Of a DNA stretch of 37,988 bases, positions 11,960-25,556 are shown in pieces. Each line of letters starts with the position of its first letter. Positions within the stretch are counted from its first letter, which is position 1. Location: positions 8,181,260-8,219,247 of the forward strand of contig JARFOE010000004.1 in assembly GCA_031763465.1 (NCBI GenBank), read 5' to 3'. The position numbers and the translations under genes were made by a program. This DNA is from Squatina squatina. Taxonomy: Eukaryota. The notes beneath the pieces are model-generated. The model saw nothing but the letters and a program-made list of their open reading frames with translations. It was not told the DNA's origin and made no database searches.

Positions 11960-12050
11960 ACATACCAAGGTTGGAAACGGAATATTCAAGGGTATTTGAC
12001 ATTTAGGAAGGACAGGCAAAAAGGAAAAGGAGGTGGGGTAGTGCTGTTGG
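11960..12050 (+). mobile_element. CR1 ORF2 endonuclease fragment
   Basis: NIQGYLTFRKDRQKGKGGGVVLL, the APE-endonuclease motif of CR1. Confidence 0.8.
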
Positions 12051-12329
12051 NNNNNNNNNNNNNNNNNNNNNNNNNNNNNNNNNNNNNNNNNNNNNNNNNN
12101 NNNNNNNNNNNNNNNNNNNNNNNNNNNNNNNNNNNNNNNNNNNNNNNNNNGCACCGCCATTCAACACGATCATGGCTGATCTTTCAACTCAGTACCCGTA
12201 CCTGCTTTCTCTCCATACCCCCTGATCACCCTTGCCATACTGACCAGCTCTGAGTGTTAACAAATCATTCATCCTACTCATGATAATCCTTGGTTATAGG
12301 CTACTTATGGAAATCCTTCTCATTTGAAT

Positions 12330-13075
12330 GGAACCCAACTGAACTCAAACTCCTTCTCTCTTCCTGGCTGAACCAAACTGTACACACCATAGTGTCATAT
12401 TTGACACCGAGTTTAGCTTCCAACCACTTTTCTGCTCCATCACCAAGGCTGCCTATTTCCAGTCCTGTAACTTCACCTGTCTCTACCCTTGCCTCAGCTC
12501 ATCTGCAGCTGGAATCCTCATCCGTGCCTTTGTTACTTCCAGACTTGACTATTTCAACACTCTTCTGGCCGGCCTTCCGTAATCCACCCTCCATAAACTT
12601 GTGTTCATCCAAAACTCTGCTGCCAGTGTCCTAGCCCATACCAAGTCCCATTCACCCATCACCCCTGTGCTTGCTGACCGACATTGGTTCCCAGTCCATC
12701 AAAATTCTCATCCTTGTTTTCAATTCCCTCCATGGCCTCTCTATTGCTGCAGCCTCCTCCAGCCCTACAAGCCTTCAAGATCTCTGTGCTCTTCCAATTC
12801 TGGCCTCTTTTACATCCCTGATTTTAATCGCTCTACCATTGGCAGCTGTGCCTTCAGCTGCCTGGGCCCTAAGCTCTGGAATTCCCTCCCTAAACCTCTC
12901 TGCTTCTCTCCCCTCCTTTAAGACGCTTCTGAAAACCTACCTCTTTGTCCAAGCTTTTGGTCATCTATCCTAATTTCTCCTGATGTGGCTCGGTGTTGAA
13001 TTTTGTTTGGTAACCCTCCTGTGAACAGTCTTACTACATTAAGGATGCTACATAAATGCTCGATGTTGTTGCTCA
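12330..13075 (+). mobile_element. L2 LINE ORF2 C-terminus and 3' UTR, degenerate
   Basis: Frameshifted pieces AFVTSRLDY, IQNSAASVL...SPITPVLADRHWFPV, AFSCLGPKLWNSLP and FKTLLKTYLF, typical of L2. Confidence 0.88.
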
Positions 13076-13100
13076 TTTGCAGCTGTTGCTGAGATTCATT

Positions 13101-13815
13101 GGGCCTGAAATTGCGATCCCCCCGGGTGCTTACGATGTTGCCACGCACCTGAGGGACCTCGCAAGTTCTGAATCTCGGGCTGCACTGCGCATGCCCACAG
13201 ATCCGGAACTTGCGATCTGTCAAGATTTGGCTTGACAGATCATCCGCTTCTACTGGAAAAGAGGTTTCCAGGGCGGAGAGTTGCGATATGTTGTCAACTC
13301 TTACCCGTGGAAATCTCTTTAACTTTTTAATGCTTGGTTTTACCAGCGTAAGAGTTTTTAAAAATGTAAAAATAAAAAAAATTAATGGTACATTACTTTA
13401 TACCATTCCCATTAAGGTAAGAATGTTTTAAAATATTTTTAAAGATTAAAAAAAAATTGTACTATTTATCTCATTTTTATGAAATGTTAAATGTTGCAAT
13501 CATTTTTCAAACGTTTTTTGAGGTGCTTGTGTAGTTTTGTATCTGTCATTCATACTTTTACAGACCTGTCAAATAAGGAACTGACCTGTCAAAGCTTGAA
13601 TGGGAGATGCTCCTACCTGATTGGTTGGGGCCTCTCATGTGACCTCTCCAGTCACTCCGCATGACTTACACACGGAAGGGAAGAGCCCCGCTGCGCATGC
13701 ACAACTGTGGAGGCAGAAGTCAGGAGGTTTACGTGGCGCCTCAGGTAAGTTCATAGAGATCTTTGAAATCGGAGGCATCTGCTTGCAGGAAGCCTCTGAT
13801 TGCAAATTCAGGCTC
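13101..13815. mobile_element. 715-bp MITE with TIRs and 3-bp TSD (ATT), PIF/Harbinger-like
   Basis: Left TIR gggcctgaaattgcgatc versus right TIR (reverse complement) gagcctgaatttgcaatc. ATT on both flanks (13098-13100 and 13816-13818). GC-rich arms, AT-rich core, no transposase ORF. Confidence 0.8.
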
Positions 13816-15624
13816 ATTGATGTCTTTGCATAGACTAGCTGCTTGTGGAGGCATGACCAGTGCTGGCAGCTCGCGGCGAGTATGTTGATGAGGCCTGAGG
13901 GCGAGTTCCATTGATCCTCTATCCTCTCGGTTCGGGCGCCCAGTCATTGTGTAGCACCAAGTCTGACTCCTGGCTAATTACAGGCCAGAACGTGTGAAAG
14001 ATATTTATGGAAAGTGGCAGGACTGTAGAAAATACTCCAAGTGCAAAAATATTTTGCCCAACTTCAGATGTGGATCAGAACTTCCCTGAAAACAAGGGGT
14101 TTATACATCAGTTACAAATAAAATAAATAGTGAGAGGTTTTGGCCTAATTATGCATTGCTGTCCTGTCTAAAATCAAGACAGAAGCAACATCATTACTAA
14201 TGGCAATAGCTGCAAAGAATATTAAAAGAATTGTATTTTTGACAGCTGTTGCGGTCTAGTGTTCATGCTGTCAGAATTCTCAACGTAAGGCTAGTCAAGC
14301 ATGCTATCAGCAGGAGTGCGTGGCTGCCAATGTCAAGTATATCTCATTTCACATTGTGGAGGATCACAGCCATGAGCCTTGGAATTGCATTTTCTTAATT
14401 TTCTTGTCAATCCCAGGTCCCAATCACTGCATACAAAGCTCTTTTAATCAAATGAAGAGGAGTTTCTTAAAATTCATTGTTTCCTTTCTCCCTCATACTA
14501 TCAGAAATATTTAGAATGCAAGCTTGGCATCATCTAATCACTACTTCTTAACTTACACACCGCCATTCTTACTCTTTTTAACATCAGCAGAATACTGAAA
14601 TATAGCTGTTTACCTGTTTTCTATATAATAAATATATGTTTTGTTGAAATGGTACCCCCTATTACAGCAATATCTCATTTGCATATCCCATATTAGAAAT
14701 TTGTGGTCTTCCTGAGTCTGACTGAAATTTAATGGAAAACTGGGCAACTTGAATTGTGGAATTAGTCTGAAACTTGTTTCACATAGGAGCCTTGCATCCA
14801 AGAGTCTCTCATTCCATCAGCATAGGTTCAACACATCGATTACTCCTAGTGCCCTGTGACAAGAGTGATTTCACTGGCAGTTTTGTGTTATGTGCATATT
14901 GATTTGGAAGAGTGATAAGTAAACTTTATGAATACGTACTAATGTTAAAGTGCTTCTCAATTCTCTTTTATTTTTCTTACATAAGTAGAAGTTAAATACT
15001 TTGGCCTGGAATTTGAGGTCAGCGGTGAAGTGAACGCCGCTGACCTCGAAGAAAGCTGTGCATAAAGATCTCAAGATCTCAGTGGTGAAAACTTTAGCTT
15101 TCACAACCTTCATTTGATCGTAGCGTTGTCAAAAGGGGATCCCAAGTGTACATGAGCAGTGATGTCAGCAAGCTGTCTAAGCAGCCACGTTGAAGAATTC
15201 TCACAGTCTGCAAATNNNNNNNNNNNNNNNNNNNNNNNNNNNNNNNNNNNNNNNNNNNNNNNNNNNNNNNNNNNNNNNNNNNNNNNNNNNNNNNNNNNNN
15301 NNNNNNNNNNNNNNNTTTAATCTTAGGATTTTTTCAATTGTAGTGTCTATGTATGTGCATTATAAATCACATGCTGATATCACAACCTCAACAGTGCATA
15401 CATTTATTGTAAGCTCCAGGCTATCAATTTAAAATAATGGTCCACAGCTTTGGAAAATATTAAGGTAATCAATCTATGAAGGTAACTGATCATTTAAATC
15501 CATAGATCAAACTAAAATAGTGGAAAATTATACCATTATTTAATATGATCCAAATGATTAACTCAAAGACCAAATAAGACAAAGTGATTTGAGATCTTCT
15601 CTGTTTAATTTTCCAGTTCAGTTA

Positions 15625-15885
<261 letters not shown>

Positions 15886-16291
15886 TCAGAAGAGGAACAT
15901 GAACATGATAACACTGCAGAAGTCTCAAAAACAGGCTCCATGCTGTTTATAAGCAGCATCATATGTGTTTCTGTTTTAACACTAGTTTTCAATGGATGCC
16001 TCAAGTATGAAATACACCACTTTGAGTACATTTCTCATTTTTAAAATTTTGCTTGGTAATCTGAAATCTGAATAACTTGATTGTTAGGATCATATTGGTT
16101 AACAAAAAATGCCTTTCAGCTTTAAATAATAATATTAAAAGGTTAATAAATATAATACATAACTAAAATTATGTTATCCTTCAAGCAGCACACCTTTATT
16201 TCATCATCATCTTTCTCTTGTACTACTAAAACACAAGTATAATTAAGGTAATGTAAGAACTATTAATCACAAATATTGAGTAGGAATCTTG

Positions 16292-16769
16292 GGGGCCGAA
16301 ATTCCCTGGTGCTGCGTTCAAAACGCGTACGGAGCGGGAGCCGGCATTTCGCTTACCAGCGCCTGCCCCACCCCGGCCCTCCCGGAATTCGGTGCTCCGG
16401 GCGCATGAGGGACACAGTGCGCTCCCGGACGCTCCTGAGGCGACCGGGCAGCTGGACCTCCTTTAAAGCCATCCTGAATGCACCACCCTGGGCCACTAGG
16501 CAGTCGGCCGATAAATAAAAATGGCGGGCGGAGGCGCAGAGACCCTCCCCTTTAAGGGGCCCGTTGCAGCGACAGATTTTCCGCCGCCTCCCGTGGATGA
16601 ATTCCGCCCGCGGTACGCAAATGGAGCGGTGAGGGCATTGCGGTTGCGCAGTGCGGGTCGGCACGCGCCTTGATGATGTCACGCGCCAACCCGCCGGGAA
16701 ATTCAGTTGGCCAGGCGCAATGGCCTTTGTGCACCAGCTGAATTTCAGGCTAGGCGAGATGGCTGCCTC
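16292..16769. mobile_element. MITE, same family as 28444-29150, cut by a gap
   Basis: Starts ggggccgaaatt. Shares long blocks with 28444-29150, e.g. gcagtcggccga.aaataaa.atggcgg, gagggcattgcgg/aagggcattgcgg and aaattcag.tggccaggcg. Confidence 0.85.
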
Positions 16770-18883
16770 NNNNNNNNNNNNNNNNNNNNNNNNNNNNNNN
16801 NNNNNNNNNNNNNNNNNNNNNNNNNNNNNNNNNNNNNNNNNNNNNNNNNNNNNNNNNNNNNNNNNNNNNGTGTCATTCAGCCTACCAAAGTGAAAGGATT
16901 TTAAGTGATGCATTGTGACCCTTGGGCATCATAGCACATTTTAGTGTATAAGGCGGCCACTCAGCAACGTATCAGTTATTGAAGCATCATTGGGAGTACA
17001 TACAGGATGGCAGCTTGTGCTTAAACCATGATTCAGTCCTGAACCTTTTGACTTTTTGAACCATTTACACAATAATTGTTCAGATCTTCTTCAACAACAA
17101 TTATCTGAGGTGACAAACAATGAAACACTACCTCCATTAACACAAATAATATTTAAAATATGAAATTGTGAAAGGAGTCTGACATACAGTAGCCCTCGGT
17201 ACAATCGCACCTCCTTGCAACAGCAGGATCGGTAGTCTTCTTTGATTCCTTATTCCAGCTGAAGCCAATTCACTTTTGCCAAGAATGCTGCTGATGCCTC
17301 AATGTGTTGGCGGTGCCATTTCAGATGATCAGATGACTGCAGGGTTGGCGTTGGGAGACGGGGAAGAGCCTATAAACAGCTTGTCACTGACTTACAGAAA
17401 ACATTGGTGCNNNNNNNNNNNNNNNNNNNNNNNNNNNNNNNNNNNNNNNNNNNNNNNNNNNNNNNNNNNNNNNNNNNNNNNNNNNNNNNNNNNNNNNNNN
17501 NNNNNNNNNNGCTGTAGAACACTTTCAGCAGAACTGTCAAAAGGTATGTGGGCATGGTCTCTTTAAGGAAACCGGCTGGTGATGCGTCACCAAATGACGT
17601 AATTAGATCTATTTCCAATAATTGGCTGAGAACCTTGCAGGGCGGGCTTAACCAGTCCCATCCATGTAAAATCACTGGGACTGAGCAGGCTGCAACCAAG
17701 AGCAAGGTTCCGGCATGCACTCGAAGTTGCTCGCCTCACTTCTTACCCCGTATGAATAATCACAGCCAGAGGCTCCGATTTTAGCTTCAGGTCAGTTTTG
17801 AGCAGAGTTAAAACTCACCCGCTTCAGCCAAAAACAGACCCGGGTATTTTAACTCCCAGGCCTCATTTTCCACTGAATTGGCTGACCGACCAGAAACCGG
17901 TTTGGAATGGAATCAATTTGCTGCGTGAAAACTGAGTACTGTCAGTTCAAGACAGGAACAGGGCGGTCAGTGGATTTCCCTAATTTTAACAGTTTTCCTG
18001 TCCCATTTCCGCCAGGCAGGGAGGGTTCAAATTGGGTCCAGAATATCCATCTCAATCTTCTGATAAAGGAAATAGTGCCACTCTATCAGACCAAGTGTGG
18101 TTTAGACTGCGATCTGTCAATCTTTACTCACAGTAGAAACAAAAAGGCAGCAAATAATGTAAGATGCTAACTCTATAAATAATTGTGAACCTGTGCTAGC
18201 AACCATAACACAAAACTTATAAGTGATGTTGACTCTAGCTCCATGGGGGCTTGATGTGTTAACTTCAACGTTGATGGAATATGAAGAACTTCTGAACTAG
18301 TAGAAAGCTGCCAAATATATTTATCTCCCGGAGCAATCCTGTTCTGCAGGGATATCCTCTGGGACATTCGCTGCAGTCAGAACTGGGATAAGTGGAGTCA
18401 AGTTTTACAGGCATTTGAGGTTGCTGTTCAATAATCAAATGATACAATGAAACCTGGGTGATCGTGGACTGATGATCTCATAATAGTTGTTGACACAAAT
18501 TCATTCATCCCTGATGCCAAGTAGCTTTGCCTTAATCGACTGTTTTCAGAACAAAGTGAGCAAGTAAGTGAGATTGCAATTAAAACATTATTACATTACA
18601 GGTACATTGTCTCATTGCAACATCCAGCAGCCAACATGACCCGCCCCACTGCACTTGGCATAGCTCCAGGAATTATTTTGCTACTTAGCTGTGATTGGTT
18701 TATTCTCCCATGTAATGAATTCCAAGCCCAAGTTCTCCCAGCTCCATTTCACAATTCTGACTGCTATTTTCAAGTAAGTGAGTTTCAAAAATAAGTTATT
18801 CCCTTATTGCATTTGAAGTAAAAGGTTTTTATTTCCCTGTTTGGCTTTCTCCTTTTTCACTGTATTTTCAGTTTCATCTTTCT

Positions 18884-19072
18884 TCAACAAAAACAATATG
18901 TATTTATATAGAACCTTTAACATAGTAAAATGTCCCGAGGCGCTTCACAGGAGCGTAAACAAAATTTGACACCAAGCTATATAAGGAGGTATTAGAGCAG
19001 GTGACCATCGGTTTTCAGGAGCATCTTAAAGGAGGAGAGAGGCAGAGAGGTTAAGGAAGGGAATTCCAGATC
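18884..19072 (-). mobile_element. L2 3' end
   Basis: Reverse-complement homology to 10825-10992 and 12915-13075. Confidence 0.75.
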
Positions 19073-19216
19073 AGCAATGGTGGAACAATGAAAATCTGGC
19101 TTCAATCACACTGCCTTTTGCTGGGGAGAAGAGCAGAGATCATACAGCTATGTTCAAGCGTTGCTGAAAGACTAGTGTGTGCTGCTGTGCTGTGACTTCC
19201 AACAATTCAAATCAGA

Positions 19217-19475
19217 TCATAGACTAGTACAGCACAGAAGGAGGCCATTCAGCCCATCGAGTCTGCGCTGGTTCTTTCAACGAGCAATCTAGTTAGCCTC
19301 ACTCCCCTGTTCTTTCCCCATATCCCTGCAATTTTTTCACCTTCAAGTATTTATCCAATTCCCTTTTGAAGACTCCTATTGAATCTGTTTCCACCACCCT
19401 AACAGGCAGCGCATTCCAAATGCTAATCACTCGTTGCATAAAAAAGTTTTCTTCATGTCGCTTCTGGTTCTTTTG
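19217..19475 (-). mobile_element. CR1 3' end
   Basis: Homologous to 10381-10575 (cccttcaagtattt.tccaattcccttttgaa...tattgaatctg.ttccacc-type block). Confidence 0.85.
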
Positions 19476-19713
19476 CCAAACAGTAATCTATGCGCTAATG
19501 TCCAAGTGCCTGTACCAGTGGAACAGCGGAGGCTTTACCCAGATCACAGAGTATATAGGCCAAGAGTTAATTTCTTGAATATTTCTCAGGAACAATGCAG
19601 GATGAGATTACGCNNNNNNNNNNNNNNNNNNNNNNNNNNNNNNNNNNNNNNNNNNNNNNNNNNNNNNNNNNNNNNNNNNNNNNNNNNNNNNNNNNNNNNN
19701 NNNNNNNNNNNNN

Positions 19714-19960
19714 CCACTGGAAGTCAAATCTCAGTCCCCGATGTTTAGCGCCGACAACAAGATGGTGGCCAGAGCCATCAGGTAAGTGGAACGCCAAATT
19801 TTCTAGGTGGTGCATTTGGGAGGACTATTAAGGCGCAAAGTTTGGGGAATGGCGCCGCCCGCACTGATGATGTCATCGGAGGCGCAAAACGATCTCGCCT
19901 GGCCGCTGAGGCACTAAAGTTTAACGCCTAAAATTTCAGCCTAGCGAATTTCGCAGATGC
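19714..19960. mobile_element. GC-rich MITE-like fragment
   Basis: CpG-rich; shares tgatgatgtca and aaatttc motifs with the 16292/28444 family. Ends unresolved. Confidence 0.45.
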
Positions 19961-19974
19961 GATTTAATGCCTCA

Positions 19975-20320
19975 AGAAATATTTGTTCAACGCCTTCGCC
20001 ATTTCCTTGTTTCCCATTATTATTTCCCCAGTCTCATCGTTTAAAGAACCAATGTTTACTTTTGCTTCTCTCTTCCTTTTTATATACGTGTAGAAGCTCT
20101 TACTGTCAGTTTTTATATTTCTTGCTAATTTACTCTCATAATCTATTTTCTCCCTCTTTTTTTTTTAGTCATCCTTTGCTCGTTTAAAAAATTTTCCCAA
20201 TCTTCGGGCCTACCATGGATCTTTGCCACATTGTATGCTTTTTCTTTCAATTTGACACTATCCTTAACTTCCTTAGTTAGCCATGGTTGGTTCATCCTTC
20301 TCTTAGAGTCTTTCCTCCCA
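19975..20320 (-). mobile_element. CR1 ORF2 internal fragment (endonuclease-RT linker)
   Basis: QPWLTKEVKDSVKLKEKAYNVAK..GRPEDWENF. Confidence 0.82.
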
Positions 20321-21685
20321 GTGGGACGACCAGCTGTCCTGCTCTGGTATCTCATAATATATTATTGCCCCGGGGTTAAACAGAAACCCACGATACTTTA
20401 ATTAGTTTAAGCAATTGACAAGAACCTTACTAAAAAATGAGATAAGTTAATGTTTGTATCACAGCTCCAGCAAATAATAATTAAATTATATTTCATTTTA
20501 AGTTTGCTGAGTTGATTCTACTGAAGAGATTCTGTCTTGAGTTTGTATAATTAAATCAATTTAGTCTGACTCTTGAGAAGTTGCTACGTGAAGACACCCT
20601 ACCTGATATGTCTCCCCGAATAGTAATGAAATAAAGAAAACTTTGTGTCAGAGCTGCTGCAAATGATGATTAAATTCTCTTCCTTTTAATCAAGATGTGT
20701 TGAGTTAATTCTTAAGGTGAACTTGATTTTGTAAATATAATTAAATAATTTTTCTCAACTCCATGAGATTGTTTGAGTCATCTGCTGATTTAAGGAAGGA
20801 AGTTCTCACATTGTGAAAATTATGTGTAGGTGAGACATTTTAACCAGCTCTTGATTTCCTGGGACCTATTTTAATTGCCAATGAGACAGTGGCAGTCTGA
20901 AAATGGAGTCAGTTCACNNNNNNNNNNNNNNNNNNNNNNNNNNNNNNNNNNNNNNNNNNNNNNNNNNNNNNNNNNNNNNNNNNNNNNNNNNNNNNNNNNN
21001 NNNNNNNNNNNNNNNNNGAATAATCTCTGTCTTATTACAATACTAATCTCCTGTCCCTGTAAATCCTGCTTGGCAGTTGGTATTCAAATCATCAGGGAAC
21101 TTAAAAAATAAATTAGCTCAGTACCCATAATTCATTGCCTTCTGACACCAGTTGTATCAGGACCCTCCCCTGGCTAAAAAAGGCAATGCAGAATGGACTA
21201 AGTATTAACTGTTCTAATAATAAAACACAGCAATAATGGATAAGGTTACCTTGAAGCAAATATTTCATTATTTTGACCTATACATTGGGCAGCAGTAGAT
21301 ACAGAGGGGCAGTTGCAAGGGCTTGAACTGTGTCATAGAGTAACTGTGCTTTTTAGTGTCCTTTCCCGCTTTGCTGTCCCTTGGTGCTGGATTCCTGCAG
21401 ATACTAATGATTCTAAAACCGGGAGCATGGAAACACATTGTGAGACATTTCTATTTTAGATTGAAGTTGATATCCTTATTGCGATCAACAAGTCTCCAGT
21501 TGTGAAAGCTCTTGCTGGGGGGAGGACTCTGCAAAGGACTCAGAAGATCTCCATAGTACACTTGAAAAGTGTGAGGGTCATCCCTTACTTTCTTACTATT
21601 ATCACCATTCTGAGTAACCAAGTTCAGCATACTTGAAGAAGTTCATTGAATTGCCAGGAGAGTGGAAATAAGAAAATTGACCAGT

Positions 21686-21707
21686 ATGACTGAAATCACA
21701 ACTGAAG
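21686..21707 (+). CDS. TRDN: Triadin coding exon 1 (MTEITTE-G), 22 nt
   Basis: ATG ACT GAA ATC ACA ACT GAA G|GTATTG matches the recalled triadin start MTEITAEG with a phase-1 donor. Divergent from NKAIN2, as in other vertebrates. Confidence 0.9.
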
Positions 21708-23299
21708 GTATTGTGAAGAGCTGCAAAAAGTGGTTGTGTCATTTGTTTAGTGTTTGCATGGAAAATATATTTCATTTGAAAGCCCCAGGAAAAATAATTA
21801 AAATATGTTTCGTGCTGAAAAAGATTTTCCCAGTTACTGTGTGAATTGCAAGTGGCTGCATCCATCAGCAGCAGAATTAGAGTACCATAGCTTTCTATAA
21901 ATAACACAGATTGTGCAGCCTGAAAAATTATGTGGGGGAGTTTATGCCTGGTGCATGTGGGGGATGGGTGCATTAACTTCAGATACATGAATTTTAAATC
22001 CATTAGGGAGTTATGATTGAAGCATCATTGTTAAGATTCCACATGGATGGCAGCATTAGTCAGATCACTGATATTTACACTATGAATTTGCTTGTCTGTT
22101 TAATATATATCAGTAGAAACAAAGAAAGAGATTGATATGAATTAAAGTAAAAGACATAATATAATATGCTTTGATTAAAAGCAATGCTTCATGTTTTACG
22201 CAACAAATATTTTGGACTAAAGTATATGGAAAGGCCAAAAGTATAGTCTAAATTCTTTGTCATATTTTATCTTGTTTCTTTCCCAAGATAGTTAATAAAA
22301 TTGTTTGCATTGCGCTAATGTATTAATGGTGTAATTAGTGCAGTAAACTGCTTTTGTCAGTTATTTTTGTAGGTTGAACCTGAACATAACAAACTGTGGC
22401 AAAGTATAAAAACAAGTGATTCGGTTGGACATTCTCATAAGTATAAGCAGAGATCTGTCAAAACCAAGAAAAGCTGAGGATCTAGATCTTCTTACTTGTA
22501 TGCTGAGGCACTAGGCTCAGAATTCCCCTCTTATTAGACTGAGACATAAATGAATGCCTGAGTGCAACGCATTGAGGAAAATCAGGCAGGGAGCCCACCT
22601 GATTTTCCATTCATTAACATCAATGGACAGAAAATAGTGGGANNNNNNNNNNNNNNNNNNNNNNNNNNNNNNNNNNNNNNNNNNNNNNNNNNNNNNNNNN
22701 NNNNNNNNNNNNNNNNNNNNNNNNNNNNNNNNNNNNNNNNNNAAATGGAGCTAGATCATTGTTGGAGAAATAGGCGTTCTGGGTTAAAAGAGAATACCAA
22801 TTCTGATGTTTTTGTCTGTCCTCACCTATGGCTGGGAGTTGTCTGCAATTTTAAAATACTACTGTCTTCTTTTTTCTACTCAATTTAAATATATTTTTTA
22901 TAACATTTTCTTGAGAAAATTATCATTTTTATGCTATCTGGTGAAATAACTGGAATTTTTGAGCAATGGAATTTTATTTACAAATAAATAGCTTTCTCAT
23001 CAAAACCTGTGGCTAAACTCAATGAAATTAATATTCATCCCTGTATGTACCAGGGAAATATTTTTAGTACCTGATGCTTTTTAATTTCTACCATTGCATC
23101 TGGTAAACTAGTTCAAAGAGATTTCCCCTGACACTGTTATTAGATGTTCATAATAATAGTTTACGTAAAATAAATAACTTCCTTGTCTATCTGAAGGAGA
23201 ATTCAAACAATAAATTATTTTGCAGCTGTTCCATTTTCTTCTTTTAATCTCTGAACTATTTTCTTTATTTCTTACTGCTCTTTCCTTATATGTATTCAG

Positions 23300-23443
23300 G
23301 AGGTTTTAAAGATTTAAGCTCAGACCCTATGAAAGTCATAGATGAGGCTGTGGAAGATACCTCAGATTGGATCTATGGCTTTATATCTTTACTATGTGAT
23401 ATATTAACAACCACAGAATACCCCGATGACGATATGGATGAAG
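23300..23443 (+). CDS. TRDN: Triadin exon 3 (luminal, after the TM exon), 144 nt, phase 1-1
   Basis: GFKDLSSDPMKVIDEAVEDTSDWIYGFISLLCDI...DDDMDE resembles triadin SDPLKLV.DA.EETTDWIYGFFSLLSDI. Long pyrimidine tract with ttcag acceptor; donor AAG|GTATTC. Confidence 0.93.
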
Positions 23444-24309
23444 GTATTCAGAGCGAACAGACTTATATAGTAGTAGATCCTTTTATATGTAATATGAGTA
23501 TAAAATGAGTAGTTATATAAGCACTNNNNNNNNNNNNNNNNNNNNNNNNNNNNNNNNNNNNNNNNNNNNNNNNNNNNNNNNNNNNNNNNNNNNNNNNNNN
23601 NNNNNNNNNNNNNNNNNNNNNNNNNTAGCAAAAACAGTTAATAAAGTGCCAAACAGATCCTTTGAACAAAACAGCTGCACACATGTCTGATTGAGAACAG
23701 GACTGCAGGTCTTAAAAATACCCGAGGACCGAGATGATCAAACACTGTATGGGACACAATGGTGTCTGTGTCAATGGGATCATGGAAGTGCAATTTGTGG
23801 AAAGCAAGGAGATGGATTTTAATATTGTAGGTTTAAAGGCTTGGTTGGATATTCTGGAGTTTTGTTTGAATAGTTTTTAGAAACAGTAAAAAAAAACTTT
23901 GCAGAATTCATCATATTTAAGTTCTCCATTAAACTACAGGTGCACATCTGAGAAAACAGTCCACAAATTGAGATTCCACAACTTAGGTAGCATGTTTTCA
24001 ATTGATCTTGACAGGGAAGCCTCGGGATATATATCTCAAACGCTGCAGTTTTCATTCCCAGCCCATGGCTGTCTTAAATCCCAACAGGATTGATTTTCTT
24101 TGTAAATATGCCTGTGAGTTTTGCTGCAAAAAAGCTTTTCATCACGCAAACAGAATGAAAGTCAAGTGTGGATAATGTCTTCAGGGAAATGCATTTTATT
24201 GTACTTGTTTACGAAACTGCTGTCATAATTGTATGCTCGACATGAAATAAGTAGAATCTGTCAACTGTACTATATCTAGGTTTAATATGATTAAATGGTG
24301 AATGATTGG

Positions 24310-24731
24310 GATTTTTTTCCCAATTTTCTTCCCATCTCTCCTGAAGATGCCGCTGGGCTCCAGGTCATAGGTGCCACAACCCTCTGGTGCCTCATCTAAG
24401 TGGCCATCTTTTATGTGTGAGTCCAGAGATTAAGGGTTAACAGGCTATTTAACCATAGCAGACATCACAATCAAGCCCTGGCCATCTGTCATCCTGTGTC
24501 TGAATCTTCATGCACTTTAGTGGTCTTTGGCTAGCAATCCGGAACAGAGATGAGGCTGATTTGTTTCTTGCCTAACCCAGGGTTTCTGAGGCCAATTGTA
24601 GAACCCCAAATGCTGTATGGACTAATATCAGTTTACTCAGCAAAGACTGGGGACCATATGTAGAAGCTGCCTGCTCTATATAACTCAATTACATGCTGGA
24701 CAGTAGACTTACCCACGAAGCCATTGGGGGA
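24310..24731 (-). mobile_element. Degenerate tRNA-derived SINE
   Basis: Minus strand begins ctcccccaatggcttcgtgggtaa (A-box-like) and ends A-rich. Resembles a recalled shark SINE; B-box eroded. Confidence 0.45.
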
Positions 24732-25169
24732 GCTGAGGGAATCATTCCATGGTCAAGATGTTTGGCAAGCTGCCTATTCACAAACCCGCGCATCACTATT
24801 TGTCTAACTGACCACCAGAAGATGTGTGCCGGTAAATTCTCCTCCAACTACCATTTTTTCCTGACCTCCATCTCTGCTTCTCCTTGAGAGACCAATTAAG
24901 ATTAGAAACTCACCATGTGAGACTGTGAACCTGCATTCTACGCTCTTTGTCACAGTCTGTTTTGTTCAAGCTTGGAATACCAAAGACCCCAAGTCTATTT
25001 TAATAAAAGACATATGATTAAATTAAGATTTTTTTCTGTTGCCAGTGTTGATCTTACAGGTACTCCAANNNNNNNNNNNNNNNNNNNNNNNNNNNNNNNN
25101 NNNNNNNNNNNNNNNNNNNNNNNNNNNNNNNNNNNNNNNNNNNNNNNNNNNNNNNNNNNNNNNNNNNNA

Positions 25170-25365
25170 AAAGACAACTGAACAGGCACTTGAAGAGGAG
25201 TAATTTTCAGGGTTATGGGGAAAAAGCTGTGGCGTGTGACTAAATTGGAGATTTTTTTCAAAGAGCCAGCACAGGCATGACAGGTAAATGGCCTCCTTCT
25301 GTGCTGTATGATTCTATGATTCTAACAAGCTTCAGGGGCTGAATGGCGCACTCCTGTTCCTATGT
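25170..25365 (+). mobile_element. Two adjacent CR1 3' ends
   Basis: ggcctccttctgtgctgtatgattctatgattcta tail, followed by ggggctgaatggcgcactcctgttcctatgt. Confidence 0.75.
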
Positions 25366-25371
25366 GTCCTG

Positions 25372-25556
25372 TCCAATGTTTATTCTTCAACGCAACACTA
25401 CCAAAAAAAGTTATCTGACCATTTATCTCATTGCTGTTTGTGGGACCATGCTGTGCACAAACTGACTGCTGTATTTTCCTATATAACAACAAAAGCAATT
25501 AATTGGCTATGAAGTTCTTTGGGATGTCATGCAAGGCACTATAAAAATGCATGCCA
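25372..25556 (+). mobile_element. Deu-domain SINE fragment (SacSINE1/AmnSINE1-like)
   Basis: ttatctgaccatttatctcattgctgtttgtgggaccatgctgtgcacaaactgactgctg...aattggct.tgaag..ctttgggatgtc...aaggcactata.aaatgca matches the recalled Deu/Nin domain and tail. Confidence 0.75.

Noticed and set aside
16276-16913. Clusters of overlapping ORFs here and at 28458-29186 and 29513-30021
   Set aside because: They arise from GC-rich non-coding MITE interiors; no transposase or other recognisable motifs.
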